Below, one piece after another: positions 1-10,036 of a stretch of DNA of 64,000 bases. Source of the DNA: a virus; the IMG/VR virus record IMGVR_UViG_3300031420_000003, positions 184,417 to 248,416 of that record; one strand, given 5' to 3'. Each line of letters opens with the position of its first letter. The first letter of the stretch is position 1. The notes beneath the pieces are model-generated. The model saw only the letters and a program-made list of their open reading frames with translations. It was not told the origin of the DNA and made no database searches. The position numbers and the translations under genes were made by a program.

Positions 1-775
1 GGTCGATGTTAGCCGCACGCTCACGGGGCAGGTTCATCACCACCAGTTTTAAGCCGGCTTTGTTGAACTTGGTTTCATCGTAGGGCTTGAACAGGAACCA
101 GTTATTGAAATACTGGAACACGCCCAAGCCTTTCGCATACACCCCATACTTTTCCTGAATGTAATCAAATACCTCCAAGAAGGTCACCGAGTCAGGGATG
201 ACCATGTCGCGATAAAGCTGTTGCTCTTCTGTCTCGTACTGAATCGAGTGCACGATACCGGCTTCGGCTTGCTGATTGGGCAAGGTGTCGACCAAGAGCT
301 TACGCAGTAGCGTTAACCCGTCGGTGCCGTGGTACGTCCCGCCCACGTTCTTCAGGCGCTGGTACCACAGTGAAGCGGGCATCAACTCCAGTGTGACGAT
401 AGCCACCGATTTATCATCCGACTCCCCAACAAACATCGTCTGGGATTCCATGTCGGGGTCACGGCTACTCACTACCACGCCGTTGTAGTTCACCGTGTTG
501 AGGATTTTCTCCCCGGCCAAGGTTAACAGCTTGACGTTCATGTTCCCGTTAGCACGCGTCGTCAGTAAACGCATTTGGGAGGTGGGGACGGCCATCGTGA
601 TGTGCGTTATCGTTGAGACCGCCCCCACGAAGTTACTGCTGTGGATGACGTCCCGAACTTTCAGCACCTTGAGCGTGATGCCCTTGATGCTGACGATAGC
701 ACTGTAGTTGATGGCAGGTGCCCCAATTGCCCGACTGATGTGACTATTGACAATTGTCTGGAACCTATCAAACAT
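1..775 (-). CDS. Partial CDS (runs off left edge), probable virion/tail structural protein
   Basis: ATG at 775 overlaps the TAA of the upstream minus-strand gene; reads MFDRFQTIVNSHISRAIG...; lies in the virion gene block. Confidence 0.6.
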   Translation of the reverse strand, partial: MFDRFQTIVNSHISRAIGAPAINYSAIVSIKGITLKVLKVRDVIHSSNFVGAVSTITHITMAVPTSQMRLLTTRANGNMNVKLLTLAGEKILNTVNYNGVVVSSRDPDMESQTMFVGESDDKSVAIVTLELMPASLWYQRLKNVGGTYHGTDGLTLLRKLLVDTLPNQQAEAGIVHSIQYETEEQQLYRDMVIPDSVTFLEVFDYIQEKYGVYAKGLGVFQYFNNWFLFKPYDETKFNKAGLKLVVMNLPRERAANID

Positions 776-1320
776 TATCGCGGTCCTCGAGATTGGAAGC
801 GGGCTGCAGATTCCAAACGCCGGATCAGGGTATCGTTGAAGCGATGTTCATCTTTGGAGGCTTTCACCTCTAACCCAAAGAACGACTGCAACGAATCTGA
901 CATGGTGACTTCGGCTTTACGGAAATAGCCATAGCGGTGCGCCACTGGAAAGAGTTTATTCGCAAGGTTGTTAAACTCACGCATTCCTTCTATCGGGATA
1001 CGGCGGCTAATCAGCGACGGGTTACTGGAAAAGGTTATCCAGTTTGCCATGTGCTCCATTATCCAGCCATACACCTTGATAGCATCGGTTGGGTCATTGA
1101 TGTCCAGCGGCATACCCTGCGACAGATACTCCGCAATTTCAAATGGACGGGCCATTATCATCTTACGGTCGTGCAGGATGGCGTTGGCCTTCTTCTTGTC
1201 TTCCGGCAAAAAGACACCGTGCTCTTGCAGGGCGTATTCGGTCAACGTTGCATAAGCCGGCACACGCCAGCTTACCCAGCTGTGAAACAAATGGAAGGCG
1301 GGGCTAAACTTCTTGGTCAT
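775..1320 (-). CDS. Conserved hypothetical jumbo phage protein
   Basis: ORF 775..1467; probable start ATG at 1320 with GAGGT SD, just after the previous gene's stop. Confidence 0.7.
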   Translation of the reverse strand: MTKKFSPAFHLFHSWVSWRVPAYATLTEYALQEHGVFLPEDKKKANAILHDRKMIMARPFEIAEYLSQGMPLDINDPTDAIKVYGWIMEHMANWITFSSNPSLISRRIPIEGMREFNNLANKLFPVAHRYGYFRKAEVTMSDSLQSFFGLEVKASKDEHRFNDTLIRRLESAARFQSRGPR

Positions 1321-1322
1321 TA

Positions 1323-2648
1323 CTACCTCACGTAACGGAGGAGCACGTAAACCAGCGGGGTGTAGTAGAACTGCGCCGTCTTCGGCAGCGTCCGTAACAT
1401 CTCCGCCAACAGGATAATTGGCATCGGGGATATCGGTTGCTGTTTGATAAAGAGGTGCAACGCCCACTCAAGCACGTTGGTGTAACTGCCCTTGTAAAAC
1501 GCCTCACTCAGGATATACGGAGTGAGTGTTGGAACACCGAAGGCCGGCAGGGATTCCCCGACGTTTCCACGGTAGTTAATGCTCTCAGGCACAAAGCCTG
1601 CAAAGCCCGGGAAGTTGTACGGGTAGGTGGCATACTTGTTATCGGCCGTGAAGAACAGGGTCGCTTGGAACTTTGACCAGCCGATAGTGTTCATCATCTG
1701 CAACACCCGGAAAGTCTTCACCGAGAAACACGCACAGCGTCGGTTGTAGTCCTCAAGGAACGTTCCGCTCTGGTTGATAATCGCATCCCAGAAAGTTTCG
1801 ATATCGTTCGCCTGCTTCGGCGGGTGCGGATAGATACGGATGTCATGGCCCGGCATCGTCAGCCCAATGGCTCGCACGAACCGTGCCAAGAACACGTCGT
1901 ATACCCGGTACTCATCTTCCGGGAACTTCAGGGTCTGGGTTTCATGGTCGTAGTAGCGTTTGACATACGTCTGCTCGATATCCAAAAGCAAACGTTCCAC
2001 CCGCATGAACTCGTTCCACTCATCCGGCTTTAACAGCGTGTCCTCACCCCACCACGCACGTTCCCGCACGTAGTAATACTCGCGCACGGTACAGGCTTTG
2101 ATAACCAGTGCCATCTGTGGCGTGACTTCATAGAGCATCGTGTACTCAATGTCGTAGGTCGCGATTTTGTTATCGGAGCCACGCACGGAGGAGGTGATGT
2201 TAAAGAAGCCCAGACGCCCGCCATCCATCTCAGCCACAAAGCAGTCGTGCACGTTCGGCGGGATGGAGTTGACAAGCGTTGCGGCACCCGTAATGGTAAA
2301 CGTCCGGTTGTCCGACTCCTGACTGCGCTGTAGGGCGGTGGTAACACGCAGCTCAAGGTTGTTGATTTTCTCAAGCTGCTGGGTTGGGTTATCGACCTTG
2401 GGGTCAAAGATAACTATTGGGTCGTTCTTGCCTTTCAGCAGATGGTAGAAGGTGACTGTCCACGACGAGCCGGTCACGTATTGCAACAGGTGCTGTTTAG
2501 ACACACGCTGCAAATCCATCACCGTGGTACGCAGCGGTTCCGTGACGATATTGGACGCTTCCTTAACCCCGTCCTGTGCTTGTACCAGCTCGGGGGCTGT
2601 GGGTTTGACAGGCTGCCAGTCGGCCCCTGACTTACTCGACTTCAGCAT
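1323..2648 (-). CDS. Virion structural protein (phiKZ-like)
   Basis: 441-aa ORF coupled to neighbours; function from synteny only. Confidence 0.6.
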   Translation of the reverse strand: MLKSSKSGADWQPVKPTAPELVQAQDGVKEASNIVTEPLRTTVMDLQRVSKQHLLQYVTGSSWTVTFYHLLKGKNDPIVIFDPKVDNPTQQLEKINNLELRVTTALQRSQESDNRTFTITGAATLVNSIPPNVHDCFVAEMDGGRLGFFNITSSVRGSDNKIATYDIEYTMLYEVTPQMALVIKACTVREYYYVRERAWWGEDTLLKPDEWNEFMRVERLLLDIEQTYVKRYYDHETQTLKFPEDEYRVYDVFLARFVRAIGLTMPGHDIRIYPHPPKQANDIETFWDAIINQSGTFLEDYNRRCACFSVKTFRVLQMMNTIGWSKFQATLFFTADNKYATYPYNFPGFAGFVPESINYRGNVGESLPAFGVPTLTPYILSEAFYKGSYTNVLEWALHLFIKQQPISPMPIILLAEMLRTLPKTAQFYYTPLVYVLLRYVR

Positions 2649-4134
2649 GCTCTACTCCTTCGATAGTCAGGATGCCGGTGTTAAAGATGGTCAGGTAGTA
2701 ATCCCGGTCTTTGAGTTTGTCACGCGGAATCTTATCAATCACTGATGGGGGAAGACGCGGTAAGTCCCACCACCAATCCGGCGTGTTCCATTCAGGGAAC
2801 AACCACTTGATTAAGACCTCAGCTGCACGCGGATACAGATGCAGCGGATACAAGTCCACGTTACGCCAATCAGACACCACCGTTTCCAACACGAAGTAGT
2901 TCTTGGTGACGTTCTGGCGACGCCGTAACTGGAAGTTACCGTCTTCCCAGTGATACAGCTTCGGCTCGATTAACGCCCCCTCTTCGAAGGCCAGGAAGCG
3001 GAACATCCCGGTCATGCCCGTGCGGTCAATACGGCGACAGTGGTCGATGTACGGCTGCAAGGCATCGTTCCAACGATACGGCAGGTCGGCTGTGTTAAAC
3101 ACCACCGGGTCAAGCATGTTATCTTCATCAAAGGCAACGTCGGTACCAAAGATAGGTAACAGGCTTTCCTTGCACGGATAGTGTAACCGTTGGAACTGTT
3201 CTTTCGGGGCCAGTAGGTAGGGAAGCTGAATCAGTGCCCGTTTTTCGTTGACCCACCACGTCCCGTCGAGGTTCTGCTGTTGCTGGGAACGGCGCACGTA
3301 TTCCTCGTTGCTTACCCACGGCCCGTCGATGTCCGGCCACCAGACATCCGGTAATGGCGTTTGGTTAATAATGTACGGATACGAGACCACCACCTCTTCT
3401 GGCGGCTGGTAAAAGAACTTGATGGTGAAAGCGGCTTCATAGTGGTTTTCATCCTTATCCCACGTTGGGGGTTCAGTTGAATACACAAGCTCCACACGGG
3501 TTGGTGCAAAACGCACCGCCAGTGACTCCTGTCCACCGGCCACGTTCGAGATACGGGTGACTTCTTTACCAAAGTACGCTTTGAGGTACTCGGGGAAGCT
3601 CTCGTGCTTCGGCACACGGGTGTTTGCTGCGATGTAACACGCGTTCAGTAACTGCAGCGCTGTCTTAGGGATAATGTAATAGGCCTCAGACTCCGCCATC
3701 AGGCTGTAGCGGCCCATATCCTGTAAAGCGTTAAGACGGTTCACCCAGCGGTGTAACTCGTCCTCTGATTGATTGTGGCGCGTTAGGGTGACGGTGACGT
3801 CATAGCCACAGGTAGTAGGCGCAGCGTGGACTTGGTCGTCGCTGTTAGCAAAGAACGGGATATGAACGTTCATGCCGATTTGGCGATTGATCCGTGCGTA
3901 CTCGTCGCGTTCTTCAACCACACCAATATAGACACGGTCGGTGCCTGCATAGGAGGCCGTGGTTTCCTCGCCCTCGGTAGACCCGACCTGATGGGTTGTC
4001 TTGAAGCGGTCATCATTGTAGATGATTTCTGCTTTCGCGATTCCCGATTCATTTAACGCACGATGAACAATACCGTCCACGATGGCTTTTCGAATGGTCT
4101 GGTCTAATGAAGGAATCTCAAAATACTGTTGCAT
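2632..4134 (-). CDS. Virion structural protein (phiKZ-like)
   Basis: 500-aa ORF, GAGGAG SD, TATG element about 22 nt upstream; function from synteny. Confidence 0.6.
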   Translation of the reverse strand: MQQYFEIPSLDQTIRKAIVDGIVHRALNESGIAKAEIIYNDDRFKTTHQVGSTEGEETTASYAGTDRVYIGVVEERDEYARINRQIGMNVHIPFFANSDDQVHAAPTTCGYDVTVTLTRHNQSEDELHRWVNRLNALQDMGRYSLMAESEAYYIIPKTALQLLNACYIAANTRVPKHESFPEYLKAYFGKEVTRISNVAGGQESLAVRFAPTRVELVYSTEPPTWDKDENHYEAAFTIKFFYQPPEEVVVSYPYIINQTPLPDVWWPDIDGPWVSNEEYVRRSQQQQNLDGTWWVNEKRALIQLPYLLAPKEQFQRLHYPCKESLLPIFGTDVAFDEDNMLDPVVFNTADLPYRWNDALQPYIDHCRRIDRTGMTGMFRFLAFEEGALIEPKLYHWEDGNFQLRRRQNVTKNYFVLETVVSDWRNVDLYPLHLYPRAAEVLIKWLFPEWNTPDWWWDLPRLPPSVIDKIPRDKLKDRDYYLTIFNTGILTIEGVEHAEVE

Positions 4135-4176
4135 TGGGGTGTCTCCTCATTAGCTCATAAAACTGGCTGGATACGC

Positions 4177-4207
4177 AAAAAAAAAACAGGAGTCCGAAGA
4201 CCCCTGT
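4177..4207 (-). terminator. Rho-independent terminator
   Basis: ACAGGGGTC-TTCG-GACTCCTGT hairpin followed by a long T run on the minus strand. Confidence 0.8.
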
Positions 4208-4211
4208 CTGT

Positions 4212-4832
4212 TTACAGTCCGAACCCGCGGGAAACGTACCGTTTAAACTCCTGTTCACCAACCGTGAAGGTGTCACCCTTCAGTGTCGCCACCACGTCAT
4301 CTTTGATGAGTTGGGTTTTAGCGGCTTCGGCTACTAGCCACAACAACCGCATGTCGTGTTTCACGTCGAACACCTCACCCTGCTGTGGGTGCTCGGTTGT
4401 GGTTACCATCGCCTTCTCAAAGACATAGAAGCCCGTGACCTTAACAGCGTTGTGACCAATGTGCTCTTCGAGCTCTGGAGAGAGCCAGACCTTATAGCCG
4501 TGCAACGTTTGTGAATTTATCACCAGTGACTCGTTACGCATCTTGCGCAGTGTGCCCATGCGGATATCGCTTTCACAGGCAATCAGGACATCGCCGCGTG
4601 TTGCGCCCAGCGGCATCTCAATGTACACCCGCTCGGGTTGAATCTTCTGATACAGTTCCAGCCGTTCTAAGAGCTTCACGACGCGTGCGTTGAGGCTAAG
4701 CTTGCCGATGTTACACCCGCCGTCATATTGGCTGAACTCTTCATTGTCATCGCCGGTTATGTTGAGGTCGATGCCTTCGAACTCAGAGAGGTGTTTAATA
4801 AAGTCTTTACGCTTTAACATTTTCTTAGTCAT
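4212..4832 (-). CDS. Hypothetical protein
   Basis: ORF 4212..4847; probable ATG at 4832 with GGAAGGA SD. Confidence 0.65.
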   Translation of the reverse strand: MTKKMLKRKDFIKHLSEFEGIDLNITGDDNEEFSQYDGGCNIGKLSLNARVVKLLERLELYQKIQPERVYIEMPLGATRGDVLIACESDIRMGTLRKMRNESLVINSQTLHGYKVWLSPELEEHIGHNAVKVTGFYVFEKAMVTTTEHPQQGEVFDVKHDMRLLWLVAEAAKTQLIKDDVVATLKGDTFTVGEQEFKRYVSRGFGL

Positions 4833-4877
4833 GGTCAATCCTTCCAAATAAAAAAGAGGGGACCGAAGTCCCCTGTC

Positions 4878-5315
4878 TTAGTTGTCAACACCCACGAGTA
4901 AAATGTGCGCCAGTTTCGGATAGTGCCAGAGCTGCACTGTCTGACCTTGCTTGCGCCACTTCGTACCCCGTTCGTCCATGAGATACCATTTCTCACCCTT
5001 GCCGTACTCCTCATGTTGGCCTGCGGACACAGACACCAACACACCCGCCTTCACAAAGTCGTATAACCAGATGAACTTGCTTAAGTCCAATGGCACACCA
5101 ACCATGATAGTCGGCCCATTACGGGGGATGGCTAAAGGTTTGCGGGTTTTCCCCTCGAGTATCAGTCGGAACCAGAGTGCGATACACAGGTATTGCGCCT
5201 CGGTGAAATGCACCTGCGGTAGCGAGTTAAAGTGACGGACTAAATCCGTCCCCGTTCCCACTTCAATCATCAGGTGACTCAACGAGGTACCGAGTCCTTC
5301 TTCGGGTCGATACAT
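4878..5315 (-). CDS. Hypothetical protein
   Basis: 145-aa ORF, GAGGA SD, followed by a terminator hairpin near 4855-4880. Confidence 0.65.
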   Translation of the reverse strand: MYRPEEGLGTSLSHLMIEVGTGTDLVRHFNSLPQVHFTEAQYLCIALWFRLILEGKTRKPLAIPRNGPTIMVGVPLDLSKFIWLYDFVKAGVLVSVSAGQHEEYGKGEKWYLMDERGTKWRKQGQTVQLWHYPKLAHILLVGVDN

Positions 5316-5359
5316 GCGGTTGTCCTCTTGGCCAATGACATAGTATCAACCCGCCAGAA

Positions 5360-5659
5360 TCACCCTTCCACTTTTTCTTTAAACGTATCGCGCAGATAGC
5401 CCATGGTTATCTTGCTGCACAGGTTACCCCACGTGAACTGGTGATTACCGTCAACCACCACCACTTCTTCCGGCTTAATGCCCAGCGGCCCCAGCCGGTT
5501 CTCAAGGAACTCCAGCACGGTGATGTCGTGACGGGATGCGCGCTTGTAAACAAATGATTCAATCCAGTCTTCGGGACGGCGACGGATAATAACGATGATG
5601 CCTTCGAGTTCTTGAATGGCGCGCTCAATGGCACCCGGATGCGATACGTTCAGTTCCAT
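5360..5659 (-). CDS. Hypothetical protein
   Basis: 99-aa ORF, AAGGA SD. Confidence 0.6.
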   Translation of the reverse strand: MELNVSHPGAIERAIQELEGIIVIIRRRPEDWIESFVYKRASRHDITVLEFLENRLGPLGIKPEEVVVVDGNHQFTWGNLCSKITMGYLRDTFKEKVEG

Positions 5660-5668
5660 GATTAATCC

Positions 5669-6193
5669 TTACTCAGTGATTTTAGTGTATTCAACGATGG
5701 TGAAGCTGTGGGCGTGTTTATCGTCGGCCTCGACGTGTAACAGGGTACGCTCTTTGTACGCCGTGACATCGAACTGCGGGAAGATGGCATCAGCCCCACC
5801 CTCAATCTCGGTATCAACGTGCGTAATCAAAATGCGGTCAGCGTGCTCGAGGTACATCTCGTAGACCTCAGCCCCGCCAATGATAACCACTTCTTTTTCA
5901 TGCCAGCTATCAGCAATGAGTAAGAGTTCATCCGGCTTGGTGATAATCCCCACACCGTATTCGGTACCCTTCGCAGGCACCACGTTTTTGCTGTCGCGGG
6001 TAATCACCCAGTTACGGCGATTGGGCAGCGGCTTGGAACCAATCGACTCGAAAGTCTTGCGGCCCATCACCACCATCTTGCCCATGGTCTGTTCTTTAAA
6101 CCACTGGAAGTCACGCGGTAAACGCCACGCCAGTTTGTTGTCTTTGCCCAGACCCCAATGGCGGTCCACGGCAGCAATTACGGTTATTTTCAT
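5669..6193 (-). CDS. folA: Dihydrofolate reductase
   Basis: Type I DHFR motifs: IAAVD..WGLGKDNKLAW, D..WFKE.T, VVMGRKTFESIG.KPLPNRRN, IIGGAEVY, GGADAIFP. Confidence 0.95.
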   Translation of the reverse strand: MKITVIAAVDRHWGLGKDNKLAWRLPRDFQWFKEQTMGKMVVMGRKTFESIGSKPLPNRRNWVITRDSKNVVPAKGTEYGVGIITKPDELLLIADSWHEKEVVIIGGAEVYEMYLEHADRILITHVDTEIEGGADAIFPQFDVTAYKERTLLHVEADDKHAHSFTIVEYTKITE

Positions 6194-6532
6194 TTACAGG
6201 TTCCCTAATCCGGCACGCATGGCGCTCAGGAGATTACGACGTTCGATTTTGTGGACTTGCACAGTGTCACTGAAGTCAATGAACTGCGCATAACGCGGTT
6301 CGACCTCAATGCTCAATGCATGGATTTCAATGTGCAGCAGACGACCCGTGCCGTGGGTGCTACGGTGCAGCTTCACGGTGAGTTGACCTTGGAAGTCTTT
6401 ATCAGCGAGCTTCTCAATTGCCTCTCTGACAGATTCAACGTCCAAGTCGTAGTCGATGTCACCGAGTTTGAAAATCAACCCGTGAACGTTATACAAGGAC
6501 TGAGCAGGGAACTCTAATACTGGGCGAGACAT
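6194..6532 (-). CDS. Hypothetical protein
   Basis: ATG at 6532 with AAGGAG SD; abuts the DHFR start. Confidence 0.65.
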   Translation of the reverse strand: MSRPVLEFPAQSLYNVHGLIFKLGDIDYDLDVESVREAIEKLADKDFQGQLTVKLHRSTHGTGRLLHIEIHALSIEVEPRYAQFIDFSDTVQVHKIERRNLLSAMRAGLGNL

Positions 6533-6582
6533 TTGATTACTCCTTACAAAAAAACTAACCCCACCGAAGTGGGGCATGTTGA

Positions 6583-7203
6583 TTAGAATTGAGACTGGAC
6601 GGAGCTCTTACGGTGAATCACCAACTGTGGCAATGTCAACGGTTGAGCAGTAATCAGTCGTTCCTTCGCACTGGACAAATTCGTTACCCGAGCATGGGTG
6701 ATACGTTCAGGCTCGATGGCACCGTTCGCTTCGTCCAACAGATGTTCATTCATCAGACGTTGTTCGATATCCAACGACATCTGCATGTCGGCTTTATCGA
6801 ACGAGAGTTCAGTTACCACGGTCAGATAACCGTCCATGACTTCCGGCACACGGGCAACGTGTTTGCGGTAGAAGTGTTCAAACTTACTGTAGTCACGGCT
6901 GGCGGTTTTGTGCATGTATTCCATACCGGCGGCAACGGCCCACTTGTAGAGTGGCTGTAAGCGCTTGTATGTTTCGAAGTCACACTTCTGGTCCAGTGTG
7001 AAGGTACGGCTGTTGTAGTGGAGGGTAGCGCTCTCCGTGTTGCGAGCGTAGCAGGCTTGTACGAAAGAGGCGATGCCAAGCATAACCGGACGCGGTACAC
7101 GTAATGGTGCTTGATGTTCGAAATGCAACTCAAAGACTTTAGCATCACGCAGGTCTGCGGTGTTGCCCGTTACGTCGATTACAGAGAGCAGGTTATAGTT
7201 CAT
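6583..7203 (-). CDS. Hypothetical protein (probably early)
   Basis: 206-aa ORF, AAGGAG SD, downstream of the conserved promoter motif. Confidence 0.7.
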   Translation of the reverse strand: MNYNLLSVIDVTGNTADLRDAKVFELHFEHQAPLRVPRPVMLGIASFVQACYARNTESATLHYNSRTFTLDQKCDFETYKRLQPLYKWAVAAGMEYMHKTASRDYSKFEHFYRKHVARVPEVMDGYLTVVTELSFDKADMQMSLDIEQRLMNEHLLDEANGAIEPERITHARVTNLSSAKERLITAQPLTLPQLVIHRKSSVQSQF

Positions 7204-7268
7204 GGGTTAAATCTCCTTGCGATTACATAATGGAATAGGTCTCGTGTAAAAAAGGTCATTGTGTTACC

Positions 7269-7289
7269 TCACCTAAATGATATCTATCT
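7269..7289 (-). promoter_or_regulatory. Putative phage RNAP (early) promoter motif
   Basis: AGATAGATATCAT-TTAG-GTGA; one of 8 copies. Confidence 0.7.
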
Positions 7290-7304
7290 CAGATTCGGTC
7301 GAAT

Positions 7305-7336
7305 AAAAGAAAGAATCCCCACTCCGAAGAGTGGGG
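7305..7336 (-). terminator. Rho-independent terminator after head protein pair
   Basis: CCCCACTC-TTCG-GAGTGGGG hairpin then T-rich tail. Confidence 0.8.
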
Positions 7337-7356
7337 TTTCCCGACACTAAAAGGGA

Positions 7357-8628
7357 TTAACCTTTTTCGTGTGCAGCGATACCAGAAGCGATATAGCCGT
7401 TCAGGCCAGCGCTCAGGTTTTTCTGGATCATGGCAATCGCACGCTCTGCAGAAGAGACGCTGGCGTTGATACCAGTGACGCCACGGCGAACCATGCGGAC
7501 TGCACGAGCCAGACCCGGCTTGTCGTCGATTTTAACATCGTCAACACGCTTAACCAGTTTGGTCAGTTCAGCTTCGAACTTAGCACGCGCAGTGTCAACT
7601 TTGCGGTAGTTCTGAACCTGTTTCTCCAGCTCTACGCCCACTTTCTTGTAGAAGGTGTTAGCAGAGGCCAGCTGACCCGGGTTAGGAGTTGGAACAGACG
7701 CTTCGCCTTCAGCTTCAGACGCAACGTACGAAATAACGGTAGTTGCTTCGTCGCCTTCGCCTTCGGTCTTAACGACCATCTTGTTGCCGCCCAGCATCTC
7801 TTCTTCGCCAGTACCATGGTCGCGAACGATAGAGACCAGTTTCTTAGCAGAAGCCAGTGAAGCGGTTTCTGGGTTGGCAGCGCCTTCCAGCGAGCTAACC
7901 ATTTCTTCACCGACCAGAGTCAGTTCAGCCAGCAGGTCAACCAGACTGGTGCAGACTTTCAGCTGCTCATCCAGCTTGGCAGTTTCGTTACCCACGAACT
8001 TGCCACCGACAGACAGTTGCTTAACGAAAGAACCAGAGATGGTGTCTTTCTTCTGCTTGCCCAGTGCGCGGATCTGCGCTTCGTATTTCTTAGCGCGGCC
8101 CTGAATGGACTTGCCGACGTTGCTGAATTTCAGCCAACGATCTTTCAGTTTACGACCCTGCTCTTGCAGCCACTCGAGGATACGCTTCAGGAAACCTTTG
8201 ATATCGGTCCACAGCGATTCACGAGCAACCTGACGACGGTTCGCAGCGCCATAGCTTTCGCGAGCTACAGACTGACGGTTGTCCAGACCCCAACGGCGAC
8301 GAATAGACTCCTGCGCAACGTCCAGTGCTTCCGCAGCGGAGTCAGGCATGTCTTCTTCGGCTTCCATCTTTTCGTCTTCCGGCGTTTCGCTATCCGGATT
8401 GGCAGCATCAGCAGCAGCGTCGACATCGTCCAGCTGTGCATCAGTTTCATCAGCATCGCCTGCCAGTACAGCAGCGTCAGCGTCGTTACCGTCGATAACG
8501 CGGTCATCGTTGGCCAGATCAGCGAGGATACCCTCTACCGACTCAGCTGGCAGTTCCAGACCGTCTGGAACAACGGTACCGGTTCCTTCGATGGACTCAC
8601 GAGCGAGTTTCTGTTGAATAAAGTTCAT
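7357..8628 (-). CDS. Internal head/ejection protein (SPN3US gp53/54, phiKZ gp93-like paralog family)
   Basis: 423 aa; acidic N-terminal propeptide with repeated ARE-S/AQE-S protease sites; clear paralog of the adjacent gene. Confidence 0.75.
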   Translation of the reverse strand: MNFIQQKLARESIEGTGTVVPDGLELPAESVEGILADLANDDRVIDGNDADAAVLAGDADETDAQLDDVDAAADAANPDSETPEDEKMEAEEDMPDSAAEALDVAQESIRRRWGLDNRQSVARESYGAANRRQVARESLWTDIKGFLKRILEWLQEQGRKLKDRWLKFSNVGKSIQGRAKKYEAQIRALGKQKKDTISGSFVKQLSVGGKFVGNETAKLDEQLKVCTSLVDLLAELTLVGEEMVSSLEGAANPETASLASAKKLVSIVRDHGTGEEEMLGGNKMVVKTEGEGDEATTVISYVASEAEGEASVPTPNPGQLASANTFYKKVGVELEKQVQNYRKVDTARAKFEAELTKLVKRVDDVKIDDKPGLARAVRMVRRGVTGINASVSSAERAIAMIQKNLSAGLNGYIASGIAAHEKG

Positions 8629-8706
8629 CTTTTCTTTTCCTCTGGGGTGGGCAACGCCACCCCCTTTAATTTAGAAACTGGAAAGCCTTTTCGACGCTAA
8701 GGGGGA

Positions 8707-9978
8707 TTAGCCTTTAGCGTAAGCGCCGATGCCTGCACCGATGTAGCCATTCAGGCCGCTGATAACGGTGTTCGCAACGAAAGACACTGCGCGATGCAGA
8801 GTCTGGTAGTTACGGACCGCTTGGTCAGCTGCAGAACGGGCTGCGCTCAGAGTTTTGTGCTCAGCGTTGTCGGCAGCAGAGTCGATAGCTTTAGCCGCTG
8901 ACTGTGCAGCGCTACGCAGTTTACCGATCTCGTCGTCGTAGCTGCGGAAATCTTTCAGCACGCCTTCGAAGCCTTTACCGATAACATCCAGAGACTGAGC
9001 AGCAGAGTTCAGTTTCGCGATGTCCGGAGTCGCAACTTCTTTAGAGTCGCTACGGTCGCCAGTTGACAGGAAGCCAACAGCAGTGAAGTCGACGCCGTTA
9101 ACGGCTTTCTTACCACACTGGATGTAGGCATTGCCCGGCAGCGCGTACAGACGCTGTGCTTCTTCGTTGTCGAACTGCGGAAGATTCTTCATCTTCTTAG
9201 CCGCAGTACCGAACAGCTCAACAGTGTCGTAGAAACCAGAGGTTGCTACTGCATTGTCAGACTTAGACGCTTTGGTCACAACGGTTTCAGCAGAAGCCGC
9301 TTGGCCCTGCAGATGGCTGATCGCTGATTTCGCTTTACCACCGGTAACGTCTTTCGCCGCAGCAACAGACTGTTCCAGATTGAACTGACCTTCGATGGAG
9401 AGCTTGCTAATGAAGCCGCCAGAGATCTGCTCTTTGTTCTTTTTGCCCAGCGTTTTAATCGCAGCCTGATACTTCTTGGCACGACCCTGCGCGGTTTTAC
9501 CCACGTTCAGGTATTTCAGCTTGGCATCTTTGATTTTGTCGATAACCATGTTGCAGAACTCGATGAAACGCTTCCACAGATCTTTCAGCGTTTCTTTCCA
9601 GCCTTCCTGCGCAGCGATGGTCATGCCACGGCCGCGACGGTAGCTTTCACGAGCCAGTTTCGGCTTGTCGATTGCCCAGCGACGACGGATAGATTCCTGC
9701 GCCACTTCGGTTTTGCTGATGGTTTCTTCCGGCAGCTCTTCACCGTTTTCAACGGCTTCGCTCGCCTGCTCGATGGCATCTTCGGTACGATCGGTATCGA
9801 CAGCCAGAGTTTCTTGGTCGCCGTCCAGACGGTCAAGCTGACCATCGATAGAAGCCACTTCGGTCAGTTGCACGTCGAGGTTATCTTCAGAAGTCTCAAC
9901 GTTGCTCAGGCCGTCAATTGCGCTTGGATCAGAGTTTTCCGCTGACTCACGCGCCAGTCGCTGTTGGATAAAGTTCAT
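8707..9978 (-). CDS. Internal head/ejection protein (paralog of 7357..8628)
   Basis: 423 aa; shares MNFIQQ.LARES, VAQESIRRRW, LK..NVGK..QGRAKKY and GLNGYI blocks with its neighbour. Confidence 0.75.
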   Translation of the reverse strand: MNFIQQRLARESAENSDPSAIDGLSNVETSEDNLDVQLTEVASIDGQLDRLDGDQETLAVDTDRTEDAIEQASEAVENGEELPEETISKTEVAQESIRRRWAIDKPKLARESYRRGRGMTIAAQEGWKETLKDLWKRFIEFCNMVIDKIKDAKLKYLNVGKTAQGRAKKYQAAIKTLGKKNKEQISGGFISKLSIEGQFNLEQSVAAAKDVTGGKAKSAISHLQGQAASAETVVTKASKSDNAVATSGFYDTVELFGTAAKKMKNLPQFDNEEAQRLYALPGNAYIQCGKKAVNGVDFTAVGFLSTGDRSDSKEVATPDIAKLNSAAQSLDVIGKGFEGVLKDFRSYDDEIGKLRSAAQSAAKAIDSAADNAEHKTLSAARSAADQAVRNYQTLHRAVSFVANTVISGLNGYIGAGIGAYAKG

Positions 9979-10036
9979 GCTTCAGTTCCTATTGGTTATA
10001 ACCAAATACCCACACGCCCCTGAATAAGGGGCCCCC

